DNA of 63,623 bases, the filler included, from Octopus bimaculoides (lineage: Eukaryota), in assembly GCF_001194135.2 (NCBI RefSeq). It is 5 parts of 4 records of this genome, joined end to end, with 100 filler letters (N's around TTAATTAATTAA, not from the genome) between each part and the next. Parts side by side here need not be neighbours in the genome. Positions count along the whole stretch, not along the records: positions 1 to 18,386 come from NC_068984.1; 4 more parts are not named here. One strand, 5' to 3'. The number at the start of each line of letters is the position of its first letter. Position 1 is the first letter of the stretch. Below the pieces are notes generated by a model. The model saw only the letters and a program-made list of their open reading frames with translations. It had not been told where the DNA came from and did not search any database. Shown here piece after piece: positions 1 to 11,233 of the stretch. A program made the position numbers and the translations under genes.

Positions 1-31
<31 letters not shown>

Positions 32-248
32 GTGTGTGTGTGTATGTGTGTGTGTGTATGTGTGCGTGTGTGTGTGTGTGTGTACAGACAGACATACGTA
101 TATGTAGATATATGTATATTTGTATACATGTATATATGCACACACATATGTATGTATGTTTGTATATATGCAATATGTATATGTTTTTATGAATATCACT
201 TATTTGTGCTTATATACGTGTGTGTGTCTTTATATATTGATTTCAAAT

Positions 249-368
249 TTTGGTACAAGACCAGCAATTTCTTAGGGATGATCGACTTGATCACATCACC
301 CCCTCATTTTATCAACCCCCAAAGTGGTAAAGTCTACCTCAGAGGAATTTGAACTCAGAATGTAAATC
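249..368 (-). mobile_element. Degenerate tRNA-derived SINE, family B
   Basis: Reverse complement resembles other family-B copies (B-box GAGTTCAAATTCC; here GGAATTTGAACTCAGAA on +). Confidence 0.55.
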
Positions 369-382
369 CTAAATTATTTTTA

Positions 383-632
383 AGCCTGGTACTTGTTCTA
401 TCGATCTCCTTTTGCTGAACATCTAGGTTACAGGGGCTTAAACAAAATAACACCGATCGCCGAGTGATGAGGCACAGACACAAACACAAACACACACACA
501 GTTTCTTCTATCGAATTGATTCCAAATGGTTTGGTCGGTCCGTGATTATAATAGAAAAACCGTGCTGTGGGACTGCACCCGGGACCGTGCCGTTGGGAAG
601 CAAAGTTCTTACCACACAGCCACACCTGCGAC
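383..632 (-). mobile_element. Degenerate tRNA-derived SINE, family A
   Basis: Colinear, diverged reverse complement of the 6595-7052 element (head ...TTACCACACAGCCACACCTGCG, internal CA repeat). Confidence 0.6.
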
Positions 633-649
633 TATATATACAACTACAA

Positions 650-776
650 GGCGGCGAGCTGGCAGAAACGTTAGCACGCCGGGTGAAATGCTTTGTGGTA
701 TTTCGTCTGCCGCTACGTTCTGAGTTCAAATTCCGCCGAGGTCGACTTTGCCTATCATCCTTTCGGGGTCAATTAN
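650..776 (+). mobile_element. tRNA-derived SINE, family B (3' part lost in gap)
   Basis: GGCGGCGAGCTGGCAGAAACGTTAGCACGCCGGG...GAGTTCAAATTCCGCCGAGGTCGACTTTGCC..TCATCCTTTCGGGGTC; Pol III A/B boxes; more than 10 copies in the window. Confidence 0.85.
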
Positions 777-1887
777 NNNNNNNNNNNNNNNNNNNNNNNN
801 NNNNNNNNNNNNNNNNNNNNNNNNNNNNNNNNNNNNNNNNNNNNNNNNNNNNNNNNNNNNNNNNNNNNNNNNNNNNNNNNNNNNNNNNNNNNNNNNNNNN
901 NNNNNNNNNNNNNNNNNNNNNNNNNNNNNNNNNNNNNNNNNNNNNNNNNNNNNNNNNNNNNNNNNNNNNNNNNNNNNNNNNNNNNNNNNNNNNNNNNNNN
1001 NNNNNNNNNNNNNNNNNNNNNNNNNNNNNNNNNNNNNNNNNNNNNNNNNNNNNNNNNNNNNNNNNNNNNNNNNNNNNNNNNNNNNNNNNNNNNNNNNNNN
1101 NNNNNNNNNNNNNNNNNNNNNNNNNNNNNNNNNNNNNNNNNNNNNNNNNNNNNNNNNNNNNNNNNNNNNNNNNNNNNNNNNNNNNNNNNNNNNNNNNNNN
1201 NNNNNNNNNNNNNNNNNNNNNNNNNNNNNNNNNNNNNNNNNNNNNNNNNNNNNNNNNNNNNNNNNNNNNNNNNNNNNNNNNNNNNNNNNNNNNNNNNNNN
1301 NNNNNNNNNNNNNNNNNNNNNNNNNNNNNNNNNNNNNNNNNNNNNNNNNNNNNNNNNNNNNNNNNNNNNNNNNNNNNNNNNNNNNNNNNNNNNNNNNNNN
1401 NNNNNNNNNNNNNNNNNNNNNNNNNNNNNNNNNNNNNNNNNNNNNNNNNNNNNNNNNNNNNNNNNNNNNNNNNNNNNNNNNNNNNNNNNNNNNNNNNNNN
1501 NNNNNNNNNNNNNNNNNNNNNNNNNNNNNNNNNNNNNNNNNNNNNNNNNNNNNNNNNNNNNNNNNNNNNNNNNNNNNNNNNNNNNNNNNNNNNNNNNNNN
1601 NNNNNNNCGTGAATTTTTTTAGAGACACTTTCAAATTTATCAGAATATTTGGGCTGAAGATTGGAATAGTGAAATTTTCGTTCGCTTAACCATGAAACGA
1701 TTCGTACCCAATTAACTAAAGGCTTGTTTTGTTTGTGCTTTTCCCTCCGGTTTTTTGTTCTATGTGTGCCATAAATATCGCCATCCATTTTAGAGAAAAA
1801 TTTGTAGTTTAGAATCAGTAGTTCTTTGACTGCTGTTTCTGAATTTTCAGTATGTTGGAGAAGCAACTCAATTGCTAATCCCTTATA

Positions 1888-2050
1888 TTTATGATATATA
1901 TATATATATATATATGCGCATGTGTGTATGTATGTGTGTGTGTGTTTGTGTTTGTGTGTGTGTGTGTGAATGTGTGTCTGTGTGTGCGTGCGTGTGTGTG
2001 CGCGCGTGTGTGTGTGCGTGTGCGTGCGTGCTTGCGTGCGTGCGTTTGTG
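1888..2050. repeat. Compound (TA)n/(TG)n/(CGTG)n microsatellite
   Basis: Directly visible. Confidence 0.95.
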
Positions 2051-2367
2051 CATTTATATCTGCCTTTGCAGGTGTGTGTGAATATGATTTTTTTCATGTC
2101 AGTAAAGTTCATGATGAGAAAAATGATCATTTTTTTTTTTGTTTTCACTTCAATCTAGTCGAGGTGATGTCGACTAATTTATGTTTAACAATATTTACGA
2201 GACACGGACCTTTCACATATTTTCTCACCATGGAAGATGTCACGAAGGTCGCGTAAAGAAAGAATAAAACATTTTTTCTTCATTAATTGTTTTAATGCTA
2301 GATTCCGTTTCCATTGTTGCTGTTTTCTTGGGTGGTCCCCTTTCTTGGTTCCTTTACGATTATCACA

Positions 2368-2380
2368 ATTATCATTATCA

Positions 2381-2450
<70 letters not shown>

Positions 2451-2479
2451 CATTACTATTATCTTTATCATTATTATTA

Positions 2480-2561
<82 letters not shown>

Positions 2562-2590
2562 CATTATTATTGATGTTGTTGTTATTATTG
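2368..2590. repeat. Long (ATT)n microsatellite
   Basis: Directly visible, with occasional ATC interruptions. Confidence 0.97.
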
Positions 2591-2707
2591 TTTTAGTTTC
2601 TCTATTAATAATTATAAAAAACGTGCAGCCACCTTTGATATCGGATATATTTTCAGTACATACAGAAGAAATATTGTTTAAACAGCTGCTATAACAACAA
2701 CAACAAT

Positions 2708-2757
<50 letters not shown>

Positions 2758-2814
2758 TTACTACTAGTATTACTACTGTTGCTGCTGCTGCCACTACAAA
2801 TTATTCTTTCTGTC

Positions 2815-3015
2815 TTTTATCTTTTATTTGTTCCAATCATCCGATTGTGGCCATGCNNNNNNNNNNNNNNNNNNNNNNNNNNNNNNNNNNNNNNNNNNNN
2901 NNNNNNNNNNNNNNNNNNNNNNNNNNNNNNNNNNNNNNNNNNNNNNNNNNNNNNNNNNNNNNNNNNNNNNNNNNNNNNNNNNNNNNNNNNNNNNNNNNNN
3001 NNNNNNNNNNNNNNN

Positions 3016-3072
<57 letters not shown>

Positions 3073-3229
3073 CGATGGGCTTCTTTCAGTTTCCGTCCAC
3101 CAAATCCACTCACAAGACTGATCGGCATGAGGTTATAGTACAAGACGATTGCGCAATTTTCCAAGCGGTGGGACTGGACCCAGAACCATGTGGTTGGGAC
3201 TTCTTACCACAAAGCTACCCAAGCGCCTA
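2815..3229 (-). mobile_element. SINE family A spanning an N gap
   Basis: Head at 3073-3229 and 3' tail at 2815-2856 (rc GCATGGCCACAATCGGATGATTGGAACAAATAAAAG) flank the gap and the internal CA/TA repeat. Confidence 0.75.
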
Positions 3230-3289
3230 GTTTTGAAAATAGGCGAGAAATTTTGAGGAGAGCAAGATGTAAGTTGCTTGCATGGTGCT

Positions 3290-3645
3290 CAGTACCCGAC
3301 TGTTACATTATTTTATCAACACCGAAAAGATGACAAGTAAAGATGATCTCGGCGGTATTTGAAACAACAACGTAAAGAGCCGGAGGATATGTCCCTGAGC
3401 ATTTTATCCGATCCGCTAATAATTCTACCAGTTTGCTGCCCTTACGATAATAATAACCTTTTCTACGATAGGGACAAGGACTGAAATTTTGAGGGAATGG
3501 TATGTCGATTACATGGACCCCCATTGCCCGAAGGGATGAAAAACCAAAGCAACTTCGGCGGAATTTGAACTCAGAAAACGTAAAGCCAGAACAAACACGG
3601 CTAATTACTTTGTCCCAAAGACTAACGATTCTGTTTGCTTCCTGG
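3290..3645 (-). mobile_element. Two degenerate family-B SINE copies (~3290-3445 and ~3459-3645)
   Basis: GGCGGAATTTGAACTCAGAAAACGTAAAG and related motifs on +. Confidence 0.6.
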
Positions 3646-3890
3646 TATTAAATTCTCATAATTAAGAAAATTTCAGTTTATATGCGGTGATTTTTTGTTT
3701 TCTATACGAAAATGTTTCTGTCATTTCTATGGCATAAAACCCGAATCACAAATACGAAATTATCGGCAAAATAGCTTTACATGCTTATCGTTATATAAAA
3801 GCGAGATTGAGGCTGACTCGTTATACAAACATACACACATACAAACATACTTACATACATACGTGCATACATACATGCATGCATATATAC

Positions 3891-3971
<81 letters not shown>

Positions 3972-4452
3972 TACNNNNNNNNNNNNNNNNNNNNNNNNNN
4001 NNNNNNNNNNNNNNNNNNNNNNNNNNNNNNNNNNNNNNNNNNNNNNNNNNNNNNNNNNNNNNNNNNNNNNNNNNNNNNNNNNNNNNNNNNNNNNNNNNNN
4101 NNNNNNNNNNNNNNNNNNNNNNNNNNNNNNNNNNNNNNNNNNNNNNNNNNNNNNNNNNNNNNNNNNNNNNNNNNNNNNNNNNNNNNNNNNNNNNNNNNNN
4201 NNNNNNNNNNNNNNNNNNNNNNNNNNNNNNNNNNNNNNNNNNNNNNNNNNNNNNNNNNNNNNNNNNNNNNNNNNNNNNNNNNNNNNNNNNNNNNNNNNNN
4301 NNNNNNNNNNNNNNNNNNNNNNNNNNNNNNNNNNNNNNNNNNNNNNNNNNNNNNNNNNNNNNNNNNNNNNNNNNNNNNNNNNNNNNNNNNNNNNNNNNNN
4401 NNNNNNNNNNNNNNNNNNNNNNNNNNNNNNNNNNNNNNNNNNNNNNNNNNNN

Positions 4453-4506
<54 letters not shown>

Positions 4507-4574
4507 ACATTCTCTTTCTCTCTCTTCCTCTTTACCTCTTCTAACTTTCTTCTTCATTCCTCGTCTTGCTCAAC

Positions 4575-5145
4575 GCTTCTACTTACCACTCTTGCATCGC
4601 TCTCATCGTGACCAATGACAACATCATCAAACGACATGATTATTATATTAAAACTAGATTTCCATTTGTCTTCTTTGATTTCGTTTGGTTGATCTAATCA
4701 GTGTTCAGCAATGTTTGCCTCAACGTACGCGGCCACAATTTACAGGTAAACATGTGATTAATTAAATTTCTATCATATTTGCCACATCTAATAAGTTGAT
4801 GCATACCTCCCTATTTAACATTGTTAGTTTTTCATGCATATACCCAACAACAGATGTTACTGGGTACATGCACAACATTATAACGTCTGGGATGTGTTCA
4901 GGGTGCACCAAGGCCGCCACTTTGCATTTATATATTTGCCACATTTTATTAACTGATAAATCCACGAGAAATTGATTTAATGCCATTGTGTGTGGGTGTG
5001 GTTGGTTGCTGTGGTGTTCTTTCTGTTGTTGTTGTTGTTGTTGTCAAGTCTTCTACAGAAACTGTTGAGTGGTTTAATGTATCTCTACGAGAGGACGAAG
5101 ACAGATTAGAATCCGAAATGTGAGGTGAGGACGGAAATGTTTCTC
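4575..5145 (-). pseudogene. Possible decayed coding segment with BTB/POZ-like motifs
   Basis: Minus-strand frames read QQQQQQQKEHHSNQPHPHTMALNQFLVDLSVNK..YKCKVAAL..VVGYMHEKLTMLNREVCINLLDVANMIEI* and, shifted, IVAAYVEANI. Recognised by eye only; stops and frameshifts present. Confidence 0.3.
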
Positions 5146-5178
5146 CTACGTGAGACATCAGGAATGAGTGGAGATTAG

Positions 5179-5215
5179 AATAATAATAATAACGATAATG
5201 ATAACAATAATGATA

Positions 5216-5264
<49 letters not shown>

Positions 5265-5399
5265 CGACGACAACGATAACGGCGGCGGCGGCGGCAGCGG
5301 CAGCGGAAGCAGCGGTAGCAGCGGCAGCAGCGGTAGCAGCGGTAGCAGCGGTAGCAGCGGTAGCAGCGGTAGCAGCGGTAGCAGCGGTAGCAGCGGCTG
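5179..5399. repeat. Compound trinucleotide tract AAT>GAT>GAC>GGC>(GCA/GCG/GTA)
   Basis: Directly visible. Confidence 0.95.
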
Positions 5400-5880
5400 T
5401 ATTGATTGATATGATCATACCCTGTGACCTTAATATCTCGGCAAAAGAATTTGACTAGCTCAGAGAATATAAAGATTTGCTAATCGAAATCGAAAATACG
5501 TGGCATCCCAAGACGGTTACAATACCAGTAATTGTAGGAGGACTTGGAATGATCAAAAAAGGATCCTAAAATTATTTAAATCCCTGGTTTACCATCCATG
5601 CTGGAAATGGAAAACGATTGTCTTGGTTGGTATGTCACACATATTGAGAAGAGCATCGTCACGGTGAATTTTCTTTCCGTTTTTTTCCCTTTTATTTTCT
5701 TTGATCACTTTTTTTCATTTTGTCTGTTTTCCATTTTCTCTCTATCTTTCTTCCTCTTTTTCTCTATCACATGGCTTTGTAAATTAACAATCTGATGTGT
5801 TTATTTTAATGGTCTATCAATGTTTACGGTGAGATTCTCTGCCCTAGGTGTCAAGAAGATTCTCACCAAGAAATGTAAAC
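5400..5880 (+). mobile_element. 5'-truncated R4/Dong-clade LINE: RLE C-terminus and 3'UTR
   Basis: LIDMIIPCDLNISAKEFD*LREYKDLLIEIE..TVTIPVIVGGLGMIKKG..HILRRASSR*; followed by a (GAT)n tract at ~5893-5965. Confidence 0.8.
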
Positions 5881-5909
5881 AGAAGTGAAGGATGGTGACG
5901 ATGATGGTG

Positions 5910-5963
<54 letters not shown>

Positions 5964-6084
5964 GCAACGATGGACTCTCCGATCAAAGGTGACGTACAAG
6001 CGTTCAGCTTTTGCCGAATGACCTGCACAAATGATTCGTTTATTGTGATCAAATGTCCGTATCCCTCATTAACTCACTCCTCTC

Positions 6085-6270
6085 CATCAAATTGTTGTTG
6101 TCTGAACAGATGCGCTGTGTACTATGCGTCAGGAGTCAAAGTGATGGCATAGCAACATGAGATGAAGTGTTTTTGTTGAAGAACACAACGCACCACCCGG
6201 TCTAGTGATTGAAACCACGACCTCGCAATCGTTAGTGCAACACCTTAACCACTAAGGCCAGCAACTTCGT
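6085..6270 (-). mobile_element. Degenerate SINE family C
   Basis: Similar to 13000-13248 (ATGAAGTGTTTT..AGAACACAACGC..GAAACCAC..TAACCACTAAGGCC). Confidence 0.6.
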
Positions 6271-6274
6271 GGGG

Positions 6275-6452
6275 GTGGGTAGGGGATACGTCAAATATAT
6301 CAACCACTGTGCTCAACTGGTACTTATTTTTATTGACCTCAAAAGGAGAAAAATGCAAAATCGACCTCGGCAGAATTGAACTCGGAACATAAAGACGGAC
6401 AAAATGCTGCTTTGCGTTTTCTCCGGCGCGCTAATGTCTTTGTCAGATCGCC
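6275..6452 (-). mobile_element. SINE family B
   Basis: AAAATCGACCTCGGCAGAATTGAACTCGGAACATAAAGACGGAC..CCGGCGCGCTAA on +. Confidence 0.7.
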
Positions 6453-6594
6453 ACCTAATAATCCAGCCATGACGCCAGCCTTAATAAGGCTGGTCGTGTT
6501 CTTCGCAGCACTGTCTGGTCAGAGACACAGAAAAACAACTACAATCCAGTTGTACAACTGAAATTCTGTTTCAGAATAACTAAAAACTTGAAAA

Positions 6595-6758
6595 GGCGCA
6601 GGAGTGGCTGTGTGGTAAGTAGCTTGCTTACCAACCACATGGTTCCGGTTCAGTCCCACTGCGTAGCACCTTGGGCAAGTGTTTTCTACTATAGCCTCGG
6701 GACGACCAAAGCCTTGTGAGTGGATTTGGTAGACGGAAGCTGAAAGAAGCCCGTCGTA

Positions 6759-6857
<99 letters not shown>

Positions 6858-7052
6858 GTCTGTGTTTGTCCCCCAACATCACTTGACAACCGATGTTGGT
6901 GTGTTTACGTCCCCGTCACTTAGCGGTTCGGCAAAGAGACCGATAGAATAAGTACTAGGCTTACCTAGAATAAGTCCTGGAGGTCGATTTGCTTGACTAA
7001 AGGCGGTGCTCCAGCATGGCCGCAGTCAAATGACTGAAACAAGTAAAAGAGA
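6595..7052 (+). mobile_element. Full-length tRNA-derived SINE family A with internal microsatellite
   Basis: A box TGGCTGTGTGG, B box GGTTCAGTCCC, CORE-like CCTTGGGCAAGT segment, internal (TA)n(TG)n(TCTG)n, A-rich tail; near-identical copies at 12362, 16119 and 63421. Confidence 0.92.
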
Positions 7053-7634
7053 GTTAAAGAGTATCTATAATTTTCTGTGAATATTTAATTATTTTTTTTC
7101 TTTCTCTGATTATTCGAATAAGCAAACATCATTTTCATCACAAGAACGCTCGTAAATACCTCCGGCTATCTAACTTAATTAACTTCAAAACAAGCGACTC
7201 TCTCTGAATACATAATTTCTTAATTTTTTCCAGCTTTTCGAACACACACACACTCCTGTTTCATATCCAGAAAGAAGTGAAGCACCTCCAAGATTTAAAA
7301 CTCAGAGCACTTTCCAGAACTGATAACAAACGCAGAAGATAAGCGTCTGACATATTTACAAACTGCACAATGGCGGAAACTGTAAACCACAGCAAAGTTT
7401 CATTCAATAAAGCAAAATATCAACGGTGCATAAATTTAATTTTTCTATTCGTAATTGAAACAGAGCAAAATAAATCAGCTCTCTTCGAAATTTACCATCA
7501 CTCATTAATCACAGTCGTGACCACTCTTACTGCTTCAATCACATATGTTTGATCTCTGCTGACCACATGGCGGGTGTGGGGAGAGGATGCGTGCAAAACT
7601 CCTTTGTTGGTGCCCTGTCAACATCTTCTTCTTC

Positions 7635-7881
7635 GCGCCCTATTTAAAGCCTAGCCAGGCTCATGGGCCCGGTTCCCCGGTTTCAATGGCGTATGTCTTC
7701 CTCAGCTGGACGGAACACCAGTCCACCGCAGCGTTACTCATTTTTGTCAGCTGAGTGGACTGGAGCAACGTGAAATGAAGTGTTTTGCTCAAGAACACAA
7801 TGCGTCACCTGGTTCAGGAATCGAAACCACAATCTTACGATCATGATGCTGACACCCTAACCACTCAGCCACGCGCCTCCA
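7635..7881 (-). mobile_element. tRNA-derived SINE family C
   Basis: Minus strand TGGAGGCGCGTGGCTGAGTGGTTAGGGTGTCAGCATCATGATCGTAAGATTGTGGTTTCGATTCCTG; close copy at 13000-13248. Confidence 0.88.
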
Positions 7882-7924
7882 TTTACCTGTCAACATCTAT
7901 TGAATCTATTTATAGACTAATGAT

Positions 7925-8110
7925 ATCTGACTGTATGTCCGCCAGCCTGTATTTCTTCCTCTTACTTTCCCCTCAACTCTCGTGTTCTTACGATTATTTC
8001 AAACACAAAGCAGAAGAATCTGACTGTATGTCCGCCAGCCTGTATTTCTTCCTCTTACTTTCCCCTCAACTCTCGTGTTCTCACGATTATTTCAAACACA
8101 AAGCAGAAGA
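7925..8110. repeat. 93-bp direct tandem duplication
   Basis: 7925-8017 and 8018-8110 differ at one base (CTTACG vs CTCACG). Confidence 0.95.
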
Positions 8111-8434
8111 ATTCTATTTAGTAATATTCTATAATACTACACATAGAAATAGCAGCAAAGCCAGCAAGCTTATCTTTGCCAAACCCCAACAGCAACATCA
8201 GCAACAATCCGTAAAGTAACAACAATGTAAGCGATGATAACAACTGCACTGTTACCATGGCTACAGAAGGAAGTCAGAAGGACAACCGCTACAGCAGTGA
8301 CCACAACTATTATTGTAGTAAATTGATAGTTATGGTAACGGAAATAACAATGAAGGGGATAATAACAGCAGAGATAATAATTGTTTCTTTATTAACCAGA
8401 CAAGGCTAAATGATAATGATAACAATAAGAGGGA

Positions 8435-8792
8435 CAAATACTGTCAGATCATTGATGTAGCCATATTAAATGACATAAATGTTGTGAGTAAAGAGGTTGA
8501 ACAAATCACCAAGTAGTACTCTGAATTGAAAGTGAAAGTGGCAAGACTATGGAATGCGAGAGGGTAATGTAAAAAGTGATACCAGTGGTGATCGGAGCGT
8601 TGGGCTCAATACCATTGGAACTTCAAGACTTCTTAAGGCAACTAGAAAATCCCATGCAAGATTGATGCCTTGCAAAAAGTGGCCTTATTGGGTACAGTGC
8701 ACATCTTAAGGGAAGTATTATCTGTCTGAGGTCCTCGTGACGACAGATGACTCAAGACTCCAGTGCACTTCTACCTACACTGTGTTACGAAA

Positions 8793-8865
<73 letters not shown>
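8435..8865 (+). mobile_element. 5'-truncated R4/Dong LINE 3' end with (AAT)24 tail
   Basis: KYCQIIDVAILNDINVVSKEVEQITK..VIPVVIGALGSIP..LQKVALLGTVHILREVLSV*, short 3'UTR, AAT repeat 8794-8865. Confidence 0.88.
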
Positions 8866-8867
<2 letters not shown>

Positions 8868-9000
8868 ACATCCTACTCAAAACACTTTCAATACAGTAAC
8901 CATAAGAGCATCACAGCAAACCACAGCACATAACCAAGGCACACAGAGCTGCGCTCGGTAGTGAAGTGAAAGCACATTATAAAAATAAAACTACTGAATC

Positions 9001-9055
<55 letters not shown>
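8866..9055 (+). mobile_element. Extreme 3' end of a second R4/Dong subfamily with (AAT)n tail
   Basis: Begins HILLKTLSIQ* (same ORF-terminal motif class as HILREVLSV*); different 3'UTR; repeat 9001-9055. Confidence 0.7.
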
Positions 9056-9770
9056 GCGCAAGACCAACCTTTGGCCACGAACTGGGTCAACATTAGGAAT
9101 GAGCAAGTATCTCCGCTGTGCCGTATCTGCAATAGAGTTGATGAAACCATTGCCCAAATCAGGAGCGAATGCCCTAGACTTGCCCAAAACAACTACAAGA
9201 TGTGGCGACACGGCTAGGTAGTAAAAGTGCTACATCGGAAACTGCGAAAAGTGGGGCTAGAGAGAGACAAGACATGGTATGAACACAAACCACAGAGAGG
9301 GGCGGAGTCGGACACTAGCAAAATCCTCTAGGATTTTTCCAATCCAAACAAATCAGGCGCTAGAGTATAACAGACCGGACCGAGTGGTGGTGGACAAGGT
9401 GCACCATCTGTGCTGCATAGTTGACGTTGCGTGCCCCTTTGACCCACAAATAGTCAAGAAGAAAGGCGAAAAGATAAATAGATACAACCCTCTTAAGTAT
9501 GAAATAGCCCGGCTATGGAAAATAAAGAAGGTGAAGATAGTGCTGCTTATTGTTGGGTCCTCGGAAACAGTATCAGAAGGCATCAAGGGGAATATAAAGG
9601 GAATTTGAAGTGCCCAGTAGAACTGTTACAAAAGGTTTGCCTCCTTTGCACGGTCAGAATAATCAGGAAAGTCTTAGATAGGTGAAAAGGATGGATAGCA
9701 GGGTACGGTAGGCTACAGGTAGTAAACCCGCTACGCATGCAAGACTCCAGGAGCTCCAACAAAACCTGTG

Positions 9771-9830
<60 letters not shown>
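9056..9830 (+). mobile_element. 5'-truncated R4/Dong LINE of a third subfamily: zinc knuckle, RLE, 3'UTR, (AAT)n
   Basis: SPLCRICNRVDETIAQIRSECPRLAQNNYK..NRPDRVVVDK..CCIVDVACPFD..KINRYNPLKYEIARLW..RIIRKVLDR* (stop 9683-9685); AAT 9771-9830 then AAG to 9894. Confidence 0.92.
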
Positions 9831-9859
<29 letters not shown>

Positions 9860-10607
9860 AAGAAGAAGAAGAAGAAGAAGAAGAAGAAGAAGAATGCCAT
9901 CGACCCCAGTACAAGTCCGGTCCTTTATTTTATCAACGTCGGATGGATAGTAAATTCTATGGACAATATTCAATATGTCCGACGTTTAAAACACAGTTAC
10001 ATTATAGAAACACTGCCTTCGTGTATATTTTATAACTTGGCTGTGATAAAAAAATTAAAAAAACAATTGAGAGTGGCAGATCAGAAATGAAGTATCTTTC
10101 ATTAAGATTTTGCTAGATTGCGTCTTGTCACAACCCTAAATGATAATCAATTTATAATCACGAATCCATGATGTTACCGATCTGGGGTGGGGTTTTTTTC
10201 ATCTTTGAGCCATCTCGTCCAGAAAGGACCGTTGGGGATATCCATTAGAAACATAATATGTTCGCTATGAAATATTCTAGGGAGAATTCACGGTTTTAAC
10301 ATGCTTCCCTTGTTTTTGTTTTTTTGTTTTTTTTTTCTTTCTAAGACTCTGTTGTCGGCTGCAGGAAATTGTAAAAGTGCAAAGGAAAATGACTGAGCGC
10401 GAGGCATCAAATATATTCTTTTTCAACAAATTGGTTGGAATCTGAAGATTGAAACTTGGAAAATAGAATTAGATATTTGTTAGGTTTCTATCTAAACTTC
10501 AAACGTATAGCATTCGCCAGAAGTACCAATTATTATTCCGAACCAAAAATTGCAGCTATCCATTTCGCTTCTGTGGCTTTGGTGTTTTCGTCAAAGTATT
10601 TTCATGC

Positions 10608-10786
10608 TACAGTTCTATATTTAAGAGATGAGAAATTATGTACATTATTTACATTATTTACATTTCACGGATATTTGTCATCTTGTTTGTTGTTAACACA
10701 ATGTTTCGGATGATACACCCTCCACCCTTCATCAGGTGTCTTGGGGAAATTTCTAACCTGGGTTCTCATTCCTAAGCAATTTTTCG

Positions 10787-10812
<26 letters not shown>
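10608..10812 (-). mobile_element. Penelope-like terminal-repeat unit (family E) with degenerate hammerhead
   Basis: Reverse complement of 11168-11400 and 15934-16090; contains CTGATGA...GAAAC on minus at 10695-10740. Confidence 0.8.
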
Positions 10813-10825
<13 letters not shown>

Positions 10826-11164
10826 TGTTTCTTTTTTTTCTTCAAATTTTCTTCCATTTCTCGCCGAGTGTTTTCCGTACACCTAGGGCAGAGAAGCTCA
10901 TTGCATTCCCAGTTTACACTTGCAAATTCACAAGTAAAATATGTATTTTACAAACAATAAATAAATAAATAAATTCATGAATGGGTGTTGTTTTCGCAGC
11001 GATAATGCTCTTCTCAGTACATGAGTCGTTCCAGTTAACACGATTTTTTGCACCTCCTGTAGGGATGATAAGCCTGGTATCATTTTCAAATAGGTTTCAG
11101 TACCTTTTTTTTTTCATTCCTAGATATCCTTGAGATGCCACATTTTTTCAATTTCTATTCACTG

Positions 11165-11167
<3 letters not shown>

Positions 11168-11233
<66 letters not shown>

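Noticed and set aside
464-1689. Long ORFs (300-460 aa) here and at 3760-4557, 13827-14753, 41471-42551 and 53070-53969
   Set aside because: Their length comes from N runs translated as X plus microsatellites.
2237-2694. Poly-Leu/Tyr/Ile 'membrane protein' ORFs
   Set aside because: Translations of (ATT)n.
8794-9830. CRISPR-like array of repeats with unique spacers
   Set aside because: The repeats are variable-length (AAT)n, the spacers are LINE 3' ends, and there are no cas genes in this eukaryotic context.
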